64,000 nt of DNA from Mariniblastus sp. (GTDB lineage Bacteria > Planctomycetota > Planctomycetia > Pirellulales > Pirellulaceae): assembly GCA_022447555.1 (NCBI GenBank), contig JAKVBF010000010.1, positions 205,257 to 269,256 of the forward strand, in the 5' to 3' direction. The notes below the pieces were generated by a model that did no database searches, had not been told where the DNA came from, and worked only from the letters and a program-made list of their open reading frames with translations. Position numbers and translations under genes: made by a program. Positions 41,956 to 52,668 of this stretch are shown in pieces; position 1 is the first letter of the stretch; the number at the start of each line of letters is the position of its first letter.

Positions 41956-44310
41956 TTAAGACGTGCGGTTCAGGTCGTTGAGCACCCGTTCCAGCGTCAT
42001 GACGACGCGGTCGGCATTGGCCAAGTCAAAACTCATGGGTGGTTTGAATTTGATGACATTCTGATGGGGTCCATCGATGCTCAGTAGGATTCGTTGACTC
42101 TTCATGTCCTCAACAATTTGTTTTGCTCGGGTGGAGTCGGGTTCGCGGGTGTTGGGGTCTTTGACGATTTCGATTCCAAGAAAAAGTCCTTGGCCCCGGA
42201 CGTCACCCATGGTGGGATGGGCTGTCTGTAGGTGATGTAACTTTTCCAGCAGGTATTGTCCGATTTGCAACGCATGAGACTGAAGATCTTCCTGTTGGAT
42301 CACATCCAAAACGGCCATCCCGACTCCACAGGAGACCGGATTCCCGCCAAAGGTATTGAAATATTCCATTCCATTATGGAAGGCTTCGGCAATGGCTGGC
42401 GTCGTCACGACAGCGGCCAAAGGATGGCCATTACCAATGGGCTTTCCCATCGTCACAATATCGGGCACGACATGGCTTCGTTCAAAACCCCAAAAATGAG
42501 TGCCGATGCGTCCAAACCCTACCTGAACTTCATCGGCAATGCAGACCCCTCCCACCTCGCGGATCGTGTCATAGATACCTTTTAAATAACCATTGGGTAG
42601 CGGGATTTGGCCCCCGCAACCGAGCATGGATTCAGCGATGAATCCAGCGATACCGTTCTCTGCGGCTACGGCCTTGATTTGTAAAATAGCATCCTGCGTG
42701 TACTCCGTCGCAGCGTCACTTCGGCCCCGGCGGTATCGGCCTCGATAGGTGTCGGGTAAATCCATTACGTGAACGGTTTCGGGTTTCCCTTTTCCACCTG
42801 GACCATTGAATTTGTAAGGGCTGATGTCAATCAATGCAGCGGTATGACCGTGGTAGGCATGATCGATGACAAATAGATCTTGTTGCTGGGTGAAATGATG
42901 GGCCATTCGTAGAGCGAGGTCGTTGGCTTCGCTACCCGAGTTGACGAAAAAGCAGACGTTAAGTGGCTCGGGTAAAGTCTGGGTCAGCCGTTCGGCGTAC
43001 CGCACGATATTGGGATGCAGGTACCGGGTATTCGTGTTGAGAACGGCGATTTGTTCTTGCGCCGCCGCCACTACAGTAGGGTGGCAATGCCCCACGTGAC
43101 AAACGTTGTTCACGCAATCTAAATAGGTCAAATCAGAGTCGTCATAAAGGTACTGACCCTGACCTCGCGTGATTTTAAGTGGTTTATCATAGGAGAGGCT
43201 TAACGAGGGAGCCACGAATCGCTTCCGCAACGTTTTGATTTGCTCGGCACTTAGAGAGCTTTTGGAAACATGACTGCCAGTGTGGGTTTGACAAGTGTCC
43301 CAAAGTTGTTGACAGACGTCATTCGGTTGGAATACGGTTAAGCATTGCAAGGTCTCCCAGGCGGGTTTTTCAGAAATGGAAAGGTATTCGTTTGTCGGTT
43401 CTCGCCGTTGCTGTTCGGCAGAAAGACTGACGCTTTGGGCCAGTCTTAAACAGGCCAGAGGGAAGAGGCTCGACAATTCGGAGTCGTTCAAAGGTCGGCT
43501 TTCATGATAGCCCGTTACCACGGCCTCTAGCGCTTGGATCGGCTGAGATTTCCCTAGCATGCAATAGGCCGCGCAGATGGCCAAGTCGTTGATGGTTGTA
43601 GAGAAAACCAAGTCTCCAAAATCAATCAGTCCAATCGACGCCATGTCGTTAACCGGGTCAATCGCGATCATAACATTATGATCATTCGCATCATTGTGAA
43701 TCACGCTTCGGTCAAGACGGTCTATCCGAGGTGCTATCTCTGCATGCATCGCGTAGTAATGCGATAACAAATCGGTTTGCTCTCGGTTCTGATTAGAGCG
43801 AAGAGTTCTCTGAATCGCTTGGGGAGCGCGAGCTAAGTCCCACTGAATATCACGTTTTGCGATATGGATTTGATTGAGCGCTTTCAGTTGCTCATCCAAA
43901 AGCCCTAGGCAGCGGCCTATTTCAGAAAGTAAATCGGGGGTGTGTTTTGGAAACTTAGCCAACGGTGTCCCTGGCACATAGGTTAAACAGCGGATATGCC
44001 AGAGGTTGTGTGCATCTTGAAAGGGCGTGATCCTAAAGTTGTCTACCGATTTTACGATTTGGGGGCTGTCGAAATCGCTTATGCTGTGGGCAATTTGGAT
44101 GGCTTGATTCTCAAGTTCCAGAACTTCCAAGCGCGAATCCGGGTTGGCGATTTTAAGTACATACTGATCCAACGCGGTTTCGATTTTGAAATTTTGATCT
44201 CGTTCCCCGGCCAGCGGGGAGGCAGTGCCAAACAGCCCAAACGTTTGGGCGGCAATCGACTCTGCCTGCTCGGCAGAGAGTTTTGGTTTTCTTTGTACGT
44301 CTTCGGACAT
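41956..44310 (-). CDS. fusion protein: aminoglycoside-phosphotransferase-fold kinase (hydroxylysine-kinase-like) + class III PLP enzyme of the phospho-lyase (AGXT2L-like) type
   Basis: N-half: [13 protein letters not shown] and IDFGD kinase motifs. C-half: [12 protein letters not shown] and [20 protein letters not shown], near-identical to the PLP-lysine segment of ethanolamine-phosphate phospho-lyase as I recall it. Confidence 0.8.
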   Translation of the reverse strand: MSEDVQRKPKLSAEQAESIAAQTFGLFGTASPLAGERDQNFKIETALDQYVLKIANPDSRLEVLELENQAIQIAHSISDFDSPQIVKSVDNFRITPFQDAHNLWHIRCLTYVPGTPLAKFPKHTPDLLSEIGRCLGLLDEQLKALNQIHIAKRDIQWDLARAPQAIQRTLRSNQNREQTDLLSHYYAMHAEIAPRIDRLDRSVIHNDANDHNVMIAIDPVNDMASIGLIDFGDLVFSTTINDLAICAAYCMLGKSQPIQALEAVVTGYHESRPLNDSELSSLFPLACLRLAQSVSLSAEQQRREPTNEYLSISEKPAWETLQCLTVFQPNDVCQQLWDTCQTHTGSHVSKSSLSAEQIKTLRKRFVAPSLSLSYDKPLKITRGQGQYLYDDSDLTYLDCVNNVCHVGHCHPTVVAAAQEQIAVLNTNTRYLHPNIVRYAERLTQTLPEPLNVCFFVNSGSEANDLALRMAHHFTQQQDLFVIDHAYHGHTAALIDISPYKFNGPGGKGKPETVHVMDLPDTYRGRYRRGRSDAATEYTQDAILQIKAVAAENGIAGFIAESMLGCGGQIPLPNGYLKGIYDTIREVGGVCIADEVQVGFGRIGTHFWGFERSHVVPDIVTMGKPIGNGHPLAAVVTTPAIAEAFHNGMEYFNTFGGNPVSCGVGMAVLDVIQQEDLQSHALQIGQYLLEKLHHLQTAHPTMGDVRGQGLFLGIEIVKDPNTREPDSTRAKQIVEDMKSQRILLSIDGPHQNVIKFKPPMSFDLANADRVVMTLERVLNDLNRTS

Positions 44311-44495
44311 CCGGCTTTACTTCGAATGAATTCCTTTGGTCGTCTATTGGAATAGGGCATTGGACGATGTAGAGGAGTGATTGGCAAGTCGGTAAATGGC
44401 CGGACCGCAGGGTTGGGCCTCGATGCTCGGGTGCGAACTAAGTTGTTGGTAGAGGCGACTTGCTAGAAACTCTTTTATTTGAGGTTTCGATCAAT

Positions 44496-45689
44496 TCAGG
44501 CGGCGCGTCTACGATTACATACCTGTCGATAGGTCGCTTCGATTTGTGCAACGAGCGCAGTTGGTGAAAACCGGTTTAAAACATGTTGGCGCCCTGCCTC
44601 AGCTAGGCGTTTTCGAAGAGGCTCGTCTTGGAGGCACCTTATGATAGCATCACCGAGCGCGTTAGAATCTTCGGGAGGGAAGAGCAGACCGGTTTCTTCG
44701 TGTCGTACAATTTCCGGCAGTCCACCCGTGTTGGCGGCAATCACCGGGGTGCCCGCAGCCAGTGATTCAATGGCAACGAGGCCTAAAGATTCTTGAATTG
44801 AAGGGACGACAGTGAGATCAAACAAAGTCATGAAGTCCTCGACGTTATCGCGACGACCCAACCATTCGACTCGATTCTGAAGATTGTGATCGAGGAGCAT
44901 TTTTCGAAGCTTTAATGTGAAAGGCTTGCGACGCCCATAGCTTCCTAAGACAGCGAGTTTCAAATCCGGCAAATGAGTCATGATTCGGGGCAGTGTTTGA
45001 AAGAGGTATTCGTGGCCTTTATTGGAGGTGACCTCTCCAACAATTCCCAAAAGTAAGTGGTCACCACGCATTCCAAGTTCTCGTTTTGCTCTAAGTAGTC
45101 GTTGGGGTGTGACTTGCTGAAATCGATCCAATTCCGAGCAACAGTAAATGGTCTTCATTTTGGAAGCGGAGACCCAATTGACTCGGCGTTGGAAGTTTTC
45201 GGTGGCCTCTGAATTGGCAATGACAAAATCATTGAAACGCCAATGTAGTTGAAAACTTGTGCAATGGGCTGTGGCGACGACAGGAATACCCGTGAGCATT
45301 CTTAAGAGGACGCCAAAGGAATGCCCGCGGGTCATGTGAGTGTGAAATAAGTCCACATTCTGCTCCCTCGCCCATTTGGCAACTTGCCTGAGATCGGTCG
45401 TGGGCAATCGCTTCAGGTCCGATTCAAATAGCTCCACGCCTGGCTCAAACGTCTGTGACAAGATCCATGAGTCACGCCGGCAAAGTAGTGAAACCCGATG
45501 ACCTCGTTTGGCTAATTGATCGGTCAGTAGCTTGCAGTAAATCAGCGCGCCATTGATGTGTTGTCCGGAAACAATCTGAAGAATGTGCAACTCGTTGTTT
45601 CTCCTTATCACCGACGCTAGGTCGGGTTCCATCGGTGACTTGTTTGATTGACAAACCTGAGTTCGTTTGTCGGCAATCGCTAGCATCAA
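44496..45689 (-). CDS. GT4-family (GT-B fold) glycosyltransferase
   Basis: ESLGLVAIESLAAGTPVIAANTGGLPEIV with the EX7E-type motif. Typical length. Confidence 0.85.
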   Translation of the reverse strand: MMLAIADKRTQVCQSNKSPMEPDLASVIRRNNELHILQIVSGQHINGALIYCKLLTDQLAKRGHRVSLLCRRDSWILSQTFEPGVELFESDLKRLPTTDLRQVAKWAREQNVDLFHTHMTRGHSFGVLLRMLTGIPVVATAHCTSFQLHWRFNDFVIANSEATENFQRRVNWVSASKMKTIYCCSELDRFQQVTPQRLLRAKRELGMRGDHLLLGIVGEVTSNKGHEYLFQTLPRIMTHLPDLKLAVLGSYGRRKPFTLKLRKMLLDHNLQNRVEWLGRRDNVEDFMTLFDLTVVPSIQESLGLVAIESLAAGTPVIAANTGGLPEIVRHEETGLLFPPEDSNALGDAIIRCLQDEPLRKRLAEAGRQHVLNRFSPTALVAQIEATYRQVCNRRRAA

Positions 45690-45878
45690 GGTTTCGGTCC
45701 CCTTCAGATTAACCGCACGACGTTGCTGGGAGCAATATCAACCGGTGTCACATTGGCCTTGAATGGCTGAGTGATGATGACAGCCGGCCAAAACATTGGA
45801 TGCCAGCATTTGGCGGGCATTCTTGCGTGGGCTGAAATGACATATCAAAAGCGTGGGCTTTTTGCTATCAAACCCAGC

Positions 45879-47306
45879 ATGAAACCAAAAAAAGAGCGGA
45901 GTCCATGGATGAGTAACCCGAGCTATTTAGGGTTTGTATTGATTTGTGTAATGGGTTGCACCTCGGAGACCGATGTTTCTATTCGGCCTTCAGGAGAGCC
46001 TCCTGTATTGACACGTAATCAACGTGATTCTCCTTCCATCACTACGCCTCAACGAAACACAGGGCCGGTTGGCACGGACTCGTTTACACGAGTGATGGAG
46101 GAGCTAACCCAACGCGCTGCTCTCTATGAAGAAGGGTTGGACTTTGAGGCATCTCTGAAGACGTGGGAAGAAATATCTAATGAAGTTGCTGTCCATTTCG
46201 CCCCTGATTCGTGGCAGGTTGCCACGGCAGCGGCGGGTAAGGAATTTGCGAAAAAAGCGTGCGGCTTCAATGCAGAGGATTGCGAACTGTATCGCGAGGC
46301 TCGACGTCTAAATCAAGAATTGGCCAAGCTGTTAAAGGATCGTGACTACGCATTGGCATTGAGCAATGCCAACAAATCACTCGAGATCCTCAAACAACTG
46401 ACGGGTGACTATTCGGCAAATGTGGGACGGCAGTTACTGCAAATGGCAATCATCAAAGAGAATTTAGATCTGTTGGAAGAGGCGGCTGGCGATTTTCACC
46501 AAGGGATTCAACTACTGAATAATATTGGATTTAAAACCCACCCTGAAATCGAGCTGGCTCACTCTGCATTGGCTGCCATTTACTCGAGAGCTAATCAATT
46601 TCCAGCGTCGATTGCAAACCAAAAGCTGGCGACCCTTATGTCCGGAAAGATATGGGGAGAGGATTCGGTAAAATATGCTGGCCAAGCGAATCAGCTTGGA
46701 TCGATTTATCATCGGTCAGGAGACTATGAGACCGCCTTAAAGATACTACGTGGATCCGTAGCGATTCGACGGGCCAAGCTGGGGGCCGATGCAATCGAGG
46801 TTGGCCACAGTCAATTGAACATCGGTACCGTCTTAATGGATATGAAGCGTTTTTCAGAAGCTTTGGAGAGTGTCAAAATCGCAGAGCAGATTTTTCAGCA
46901 AACGGTGCCTCGCCGGCATCGAGGGATTGTTTTGTGCCATAACAAATTGGCAACCATCTACATGCTTCAAAAACAGTACGGCTTGGCCGAAGAACAATTG
47001 AAATTGGCGGTGAGAGAGTTGCAGCAGGTTGCTCATGTGATGCCGTCTCAAATGTCGCTGACCGAATATCAACTAGCCATCTCCTTAGGCCGTCAGGGTA
47101 AGTACTCGCAGGCCCAGCCTTTACTTGAGAAAATTATTAGCACGCAAGAAGTCGAATTAGGACCGTCGCACCCCATGACAGTGCGAAGCCTTAAGGCCTA
47201 CGCACTTGTCTTGAAACAGACAAAGCAGGAGATTGATGCACAGCGTGTTTATGACCGGATCCAACGGACGGCGGGGCTCGAAAAAGGCGATGAACGAGTC
47301 CGTTAA
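45879..47306 (+). CDS. TPR-repeat lipoprotein
   Basis: Lipobox-like LICVMGC after MKPKKERSPWMSNPSYLGFV. Multiple TPR-like A..Y/L..A helical repeats. ORF open from 45771. Confidence 0.7.
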   Translation: MKPKKERSPWMSNPSYLGFVLICVMGCTSETDVSIRPSGEPPVLTRNQRDSPSITTPQRNTGPVGTDSFTRVMEELTQRAALYEEGLDFEASLKTWEEISNEVAVHFAPDSWQVATAAAGKEFAKKACGFNAEDCELYREARRLNQELAKLLKDRDYALALSNANKSLEILKQLTGDYSANVGRQLLQMAIIKENLDLLEEAAGDFHQGIQLLNNIGFKTHPEIELAHSALAAIYSRANQFPASIANQKLATLMSGKIWGEDSVKYAGQANQLGSIYHRSGDYETALKILRGSVAIRRAKLGADAIEVGHSQLNIGTVLMDMKRFSEALESVKIAEQIFQQTVPRRHRGIVLCHNKLATIYMLQKQYGLAEEQLKLAVRELQQVAHVMPSQMSLTEYQLAISLGRQGKYSQAQPLLEKIISTQEVELGPSHPMTVRSLKAYALVLKQTKQEIDAQRVYDRIQRTAGLEKGDERVR

Positions 47307-47362
47307 GACCGGTGCCCATTTATTCCTTGGGGATCAAGCGGATACGTATCTTGCACCCAGTC

Positions 47363-48304
47363 CTATCCCCAATCCAGTCCGATATCAAAGTTGCCAGCAG
47401 AATGGGTAAGCCCTCCGACACTAATCCGTTCAACACCGGTTTCTGCGATCGTCTGAACTGTTTTCAGATTGACCCCGCCCGATGCTTCCAAGAGAACGCG
47501 GGGATTTAATTGATCGCGAAGCTGAACGGATCGCTCGAGGTCTGCCGGGGACATGTTGTCAAGCAAAATAATGTCGGGACCGCAGGGTAATGCAATTTCA
47601 AGTTGCTTCAACGTATCCACTTCAATCTGTAGGATCGTTTGTCGGCCGTGAGGCAGTGAGTCTACGTTTGCATTGATCCAATCACGTGACAGGTTGATCG
47701 CTTCTGGAATGGAAAGTTGGTTCTCAGAAACCAGCTTGGCTTGAGCGGCCAAATGATTGTCTTTGATCATCACGGCGTCATGAAGGCCCATGCGATGATT
47801 CTTGCCCCCGCCGCATTGAACCGCGTACTTTTCCAACCGCCTCCATCCGGGAGTCGTTTTTCGAGTGTCTAAAATGCATGCGTTCGTTCCTTGTACCCTT
47901 GCCACGAACAATTGAGTCAAAGAGCTGATGGCTGACAGACGGCAAAGGAAATTCAGACAGGTCCGCTCCAACATCAATATCTCACGGGCATTTCCCGCGA
48001 GCGTGGCAATGGTTTGTCCGGTTTCAATCGGTTTTGAATCACCGACTTCGATTCGTAATTCGAGGTTGTTTGTAAATCGTTCTACGGCGAGTTGGCATAC
48101 CTGCACTCCGCAGACGATACCTGATTCTCGGGATACCAAGGCGGCGGTTGCGGGAGCCGATTCAGGGAACAGTGAATCCGTGGTGCAGTCAACGGCTCGG
48201 GATAAGTCGTGGTTGCCAACATCTTCAGTTAGTCCCCGTTCGATTAAATACATCGCGTCGGAACGGGTTGCTTGATCGAAAGGAATCCTGAATTGGCTGC
48301 TCAT
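47363..48304 (-). CDS. nadC: nicotinate-nucleotide diphosphorylase (carboxylating)
   Basis: ERTCLNFLCRLSAISSLT and ILDTRKTTPGWRRLEKYAVQCGGGKNHRMGL..VMIKDNH. Confidence 0.93.
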   Translation of the reverse strand: MSSQFRIPFDQATRSDAMYLIERGLTEDVGNHDLSRAVDCTTDSLFPESAPATAALVSRESGIVCGVQVCQLAVERFTNNLELRIEVGDSKPIETGQTIATLAGNAREILMLERTCLNFLCRLSAISSLTQLFVARVQGTNACILDTRKTTPGWRRLEKYAVQCGGGKNHRMGLHDAVMIKDNHLAAQAKLVSENQLSIPEAINLSRDWINANVDSLPHGRQTILQIEVDTLKQLEIALPCGPDIILLDNMSPADLERSVQLRDQLNPRVLLEASGGVNLKTVQTIAETGVERISVGGLTHSAGNFDIGLDWG

Positions 48305-48325
48305 GATGAACCCTTTGATTGGATC

Positions 48326-48769
48326 CTAGACATTGCCCGATGCCGGGTTTTCAAGTTGGCTGGCGATATGACTCGTTATCCGCGACTTAATTTCGTCTCG
48401 TACACGACGAAAAAACACCATTTTTTCCTCGTCCGTTCCTGTGGCCTCGGCGGGGTCGTCGAATGGCCAGTGCAGCGTGGTTTGGGCGTAGGGCAGTGTG
48501 GGACACGACTGTTGGGCATGATCACAAACGGTCACCACCAAATCAATACGTTGATCGAGGAATTGACTCACGGATTTACTTTTCAAACCACTCGTGGGCA
48601 GATCAATTTCTTGTAACGCTTGAATGGCTAGAGGGTGTACATAGCCGGCTGGTTCAGATCCTGCAGAGATGACCGTAGCCAAATCACCGACCATATGTTG
48701 CCAAATAACCTGAGCCATCTGCGAGCGGCAGGAATTTCCAGTACATAGGATAATGATGTGTTGTGACAT
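48326..48769 (-). CDS. arsC: arsenate reductase, LMW-PTP/thioredoxin-coupled type
   Basis: CTGNSCRSQMA P-loop (CX5R) plus the TVCDHAQQSCP downstream cysteine pair, as in B. subtilis ArsC. Confidence 0.8.
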   Translation of the reverse strand: MSQHIIILCTGNSCRSQMAQVIWQHMVGDLATVISAGSEPAGYVHPLAIQALQEIDLPTSGLKSKSVSQFLDQRIDLVVTVCDHAQQSCPTLPYAQTTLHWPFDDPAEATGTDEEKMVFFRRVRDEIKSRITSHIASQLENPASGNV

Positions 48770-48895
48770 GCTAAGGTCGTGGTGAATCGTATGGTGATTC
48801 GAATTGGATGAATTCCCATCCTTACATATCTTGGACTGGAATTGTAGGTGGGAGGTCTGGTTGAATGAGCGTTTCTCACGATGGCTTGGAGCGTT

Positions 48896-48935
48896 AAAAA
48901 AAGGGCAGAGATGGCGGGAGCCGTTCTGCCCTTTT
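48896..48935 (-). terminator. intrinsic (bidirectional-looking) terminator downstream of glnA
   Basis: GGGCAGA...TCTGCCC 7-bp stem flanked by A7 on one side and T4 on the other. The minus-strand reading gives a stem followed by U7. Confidence 0.7.
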
Positions 48936-48990
48936 GGGTAACCTTGTCAGCGACGGGGTCGCCGTTGGTCAATCTTTCTGCTCGGTCAAT

Positions 48991-50403
48991 TTAGATATCG
49001 TAGTACAAGCAAAATTCATAGGGATGAGGTCGCAGACGCATGGCGTCCACCTCGTTTTCCCGTTTGTAATTGATCCAGGTATTGACGACGTCCTGCGTGA
49101 AGACGTCACCCCGAAGTAGGAACGCATGATCGGCTTCTAGTGCATCTAACGCCTCAGCCAGCGAGCCAGGAGTTTTTGGCACGTTGCCGGCTTCTTCTGG
49201 TGGTAAGTCATAAATATCTTTATCCAGAGGTTCACCGGGATGAATCTTGTTTTCAATCCCGTCCAAAGCAGCCATCATTAGAGCTGAGAATGCAAAGTAA
49301 GGGTTGCAGCTTGGATCCGGACAACGGAATTCGATCCGCTTGGCCTTCGGGCTGTTGGAGTACATGGGAATTCGGCAACTAGCGGATCGATTTCGCTGAG
49401 AATATGCCAAGTTCACTGGAGCTTCGTAACCAGGTACCAAGCGTTTGTAACTATTGGTGGTTGGGTTAGTGAAAGCAAGTAGTGCAGGTGCGTGCTTTAG
49501 AATGCCTCCGATTGCATGCAAAGCCATTTCACTAAGTCCGGCGTATTGATCGCCAGCGAAAAGCGGATTTCCATCTTTCCAAAGTGAAAAGTGAACGTGC
49601 ATGCCGGACCCGTTATCACTAAAAACCGGTTTTGGCATGAAGGTGGCTGTCTTGTTATGTTTGTACGCAACGTTCTTGATGATGTACTTGTACATCATCA
49701 ATTCGTCGGCCATTTTAACCATCTCGTTAAACTTTAGATCGATTTCAGATTGACCAGCAGTCCCCACTTCGTGGTGCTGACATTCCACTTCCAATCCACA
49801 GTCAATCAGTGTTTGCATCATCTCATTTCGGATGTCCATCAACTGATCCATGGGTGGGCATGGGAAGTAGCCCTCTTTATGACGGATCTTGTAACCGAGA
49901 TTAGGTCCCTCTTCACGCCCGCGATTCCACTCAGCTTCCACACTGTCGATGTAAAAGAAGCCTGCGTCGGGTCGCTGGTCAAAACGGATGTCATCGAAAA
50001 TGAAGAATTCTGCTTCGGGACCGAAATAGGCGGTGTCTGCTAAGCCGGTGCTTTGAAGGTAAGCGACTGCTTTGCGGGCAACGTTTCGAGGGTCTCGGCT
50101 ATAGTCCTCATGAGTGATTGGGTCAACGATGTTACAAATGAGGTTTAGAGTTGGCAGTTTGGTGAATGGATCCAAGAATGCGGTATCTGCCTGAGGCATT
50201 AATAGCATGTCACTTTCATTGATCGTCTGCCAACCTCGTATGCTGGAGCCGTCAAAGCCGAATCCGTCTTCAAAGCTATCCTCTTGTAAGACGCTGCAAG
50301 GGATGGTGGTGTGTTGCCATAACCCTGGAAAATCCATGAATCGAAGGTCGATTGCCTTTACGTCTTTTTCTTTACAAAACGCGAGCAGTTCTTTAGGAGT
50401 CAA
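48991..50403 (-). CDS. glnA: glutamine synthetase type I
   Basis: [37 protein letters not shown] and the adenylylation-loop [13 protein letters not shown] start preceded by AAGGA. Confidence 0.95.
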   Translation of the reverse strand: MTPKELLAFCKEKDVKAIDLRFMDFPGLWQHTTIPCSVLQEDSFEDGFGFDGSSIRGWQTINESDMLLMPQADTAFLDPFTKLPTLNLICNIVDPITHEDYSRDPRNVARKAVAYLQSTGLADTAYFGPEAEFFIFDDIRFDQRPDAGFFYIDSVEAEWNRGREEGPNLGYKIRHKEGYFPCPPMDQLMDIRNEMMQTLIDCGLEVECQHHEVGTAGQSEIDLKFNEMVKMADELMMYKYIIKNVAYKHNKTATFMPKPVFSDNGSGMHVHFSLWKDGNPLFAGDQYAGLSEMALHAIGGILKHAPALLAFTNPTTNSYKRLVPGYEAPVNLAYSQRNRSASCRIPMYSNSPKAKRIEFRCPDPSCNPYFAFSALMMAALDGIENKIHPGEPLDKDIYDLPPEEAGNVPKTPGSLAEALDALEADHAFLLRGDVFTQDVVNTWINYKRENEVDAMRLRPHPYEFCLYYDI

Positions 50404-50492
50404 GAAATCAATCCTTTTTTATGAGGGTGGTAACTGAGTGGTTGATCTGCGTTGGAGATTACTCCAAGGCAGGATCAGAAACGCCGCTTTAA

Positions 50493-50508
50493 AGCAATTC
50501 GCGTGCCA
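50493..50508 (-). promoter_or_regulatory. sigma-54 (-24/-12) promoter of glnA
   Basis: Minus strand reads TGGCAC-GCGAA-TTGCT. This is an exact match to the TGGCAC-N5-TTGCW consensus, about 90 nt upstream of the glnA start. Confidence 0.75.
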
Positions 50509-50622
50509 GACGGTACCTTAACCGCTGACCATCACTTAGACTTGCCTTTTTAGCCGTTAAATGGGACGCTTGACCGGCTGGCCATCGATCCATCGCATGA
50601 ACTTTATGCAGCACTGACTTAT

Positions 50623-51861
50623 ATGCTAGCAGAATCAGCGGATCATGTCTCATATTTGTTGGATAGGAGATCTGTTTTGAGTGCCATGACGACGCGTGAC
50701 ATTACCAATGATCAGGATTGGCTAGACTTTTCGCATGAGTGGGCCATTCGTCCTGATACGCTCTACATGAATCATGGATCATTCGGGCCGCCACCGCGGC
50801 CTGTAAAATATGCTCGTCGCCGTTGGATTGATGCGTTGGACGAGCAGCCCATGGATTTTTACGTGCGCCTTTTAGAACCGGCCGTTCTGCGAGCCCGCGA
50901 GGCAACCTCTGAATTCGTCGGCACGGCGCTGAATAATCTTGTTTTGGTCGAAAACGCAACGTTCGGTATGAATGTGGTTGCCGACTCATTTCCGTTAAAA
51001 GAAGGGGATGAGGTCTTATTGAATAACCATGAATACGGTGCCGTTCACCGAATCTGGGAGCGGATCTGCCGACGAACAGGGGCAATCATGCGATCCGTTG
51101 ATTTACCGAGGCGCATTGATTCTCAAGAAGAAGTGGTGCAATCGATTCTATCTGGAGTCAACGAGAACACTCGGTTAGTGGTGGTGAGCCATGTCACTTC
51201 GGCGACAGCATTGATTATGCCAGTACAACAGATTTGCGAGAAACTTAGGGAGCGGGGGGTCGCTGTTTGTATTGATGGTCCACATGCGCCTGCGCAGATT
51301 GAGTTGAACATCGATCAACTAGGCTGTGATTTCTACACAGCCAGCTGTCATAAATGGTTGTGTGGTAATTTAGGGAGTGGTTTTTTGGTCGTGCACCCTA
51401 GATGGCATACAACTTTGGAGCCTCAGTTAAAAAGTTGGGGCCGACTGTTGCCGGCGATTCCCGAGCGTTGGTTCGAGGAATTTACATGGAGTGGAACTCG
51501 GGACCCCAGCGTCTATTTAACCGTGCCTGACGCCATCGAATTCATGAAATCGGTCGGTCTGCAACAGTTTCGAGAGCGAACCTATTGGCTTGCAGCTCAG
51601 GCCCGGGATCGTTTGGCGGCCGAGTTCGGAGGTGAACCGCTGGCCGATCCCAGCAAAGGTTGGTACGGATGCATGGCGCATATGCCACTGCCTTCCGGTG
51701 ACTGGACTGAATTGCAGCACCGTTTGTGGAATCAGCATGGTATTGAAGTTCCCATTATTCACTTTGAAAATGATTGGTTTGTTCGGGTTTCCTGTCATCT
51801 GTACAACCACCAAATTCAGCTTGATACCCTCGTCAAAGCGTTGTGGTTGGAAACTCGATAG
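50623..51861 (+). CDS. class V PLP-dependent aminotransferase-fold enzyme (isopenicillin-N-epimerase/cysteine-desulfurase-like)
   Basis: SCHKWLCG PLP-lysine motif and VVSHVTSATA. The start may be the downstream ATG at 50686. Confidence 0.8.
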   Translation: MLAESADHVSYLLDRRSVLSAMTTRDITNDQDWLDFSHEWAIRPDTLYMNHGSFGPPPRPVKYARRRWIDALDEQPMDFYVRLLEPAVLRAREATSEFVGTALNNLVLVENATFGMNVVADSFPLKEGDEVLLNNHEYGAVHRIWERICRRTGAIMRSVDLPRRIDSQEEVVQSILSGVNENTRLVVVSHVTSATALIMPVQQICEKLRERGVAVCIDGPHAPAQIELNIDQLGCDFYTASCHKWLCGNLGSGFLVVHPRWHTTLEPQLKSWGRLLPAIPERWFEEFTWSGTRDPSVYLTVPDAIEFMKSVGLQQFRERTYWLAAQARDRLAAEFGGEPLADPSKGWYGCMAHMPLPSGDWTELQHRLWNQHGIEVPIIHFENDWFVRVSCHLYNHQIQLDTLVKALWLETR

Positions 51862-52017
51862 CCTTACAGGCGTCTAAAATGCATTTTTTGCCGAGGGTTT
51901 TGGCTGGATGTCACTTAAAGTGTGACAAAATGGCCATTCGAGGTGATTTCCGAATCCGAATCGTTCTCATTCCCGTATTCATGAAAGTAAAGACGAACCT
52001 TTCAGGGAGCCCCAAAA

Positions 52018-52668
52018 ATGTGGCCGGACGCACCGAAAACCGAAGAATTACTCTTTCAAGCTAAAGATGGCAACGAATCGGCTGTCAATCAGTTGATGGG
52101 TCGGCATCGTAACTCACTACGGCAATTGGTGAGGATGCGCTTGGATCAAAAAATTCAACGTCGGGTTGGCGTTAGCGATGTGGTTCAAGATGTTTTGGTG
52201 GAGGCAAATCGTCGGATACAACGGTATCTCGACAATCCAGTTATGCCGTTTCACCTTTGGTTGCGACAAATAGCTCGTGACCGGATCATCGATGCTCATC
52301 GCCGACACCGTACCTCAGCTCGCCGTTCGGTTGATCGAGAACAAGCGGTCTCCGCGCCGCGAGGCTACGATCAATCTTCATTTCAGCTGGCTGCGATGCT
52401 CAATGACAATCGTTTGACGCCGGCGGCAGCCGCACTGCAAAAAGAAATGGCGAGAAGGGTCGAGCAGGCGTTGACCAAGCTCGAAGACAAAGATTGCGAG
52501 ATCATTGTGATGCGGCATTATGAAATGCTGACGAATCAGGAGATCGCCTCGGCGTTGAGTCTCACCGAACCAGCCGCCAGTATGAGATACCTGCGGGCGA
52601 TTAGACGACTGAAATCAGTATTGCAGCAAGAAGATTCGAAATCCACGATGATGGAACAGGGAAAGTGA
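52018..52668 (+). CDS. ECF-type sigma-70 family RNA polymerase sigma factor
   Basis: Region 2 (DVVQDVLVEANRR...FHLWLRQIARDRIID) and region 4 HTH (LTNQEIASALSLTEPAASMRYLRAIRRLK). Confidence 0.88.
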   Translation: MWPDAPKTEELLFQAKDGNESAVNQLMGRHRNSLRQLVRMRLDQKIQRRVGVSDVVQDVLVEANRRIQRYLDNPVMPFHLWLRQIARDRIIDAHRRHRTSARRSVDREQAVSAPRGYDQSSFQLAAMLNDNRLTPAAAALQKEMARRVEQALTKLEDKDCEIIVMRHYEMLTNQEIASALSLTEPAASMRYLRAIRRLKSVLQQEDSKSTMMEQGK

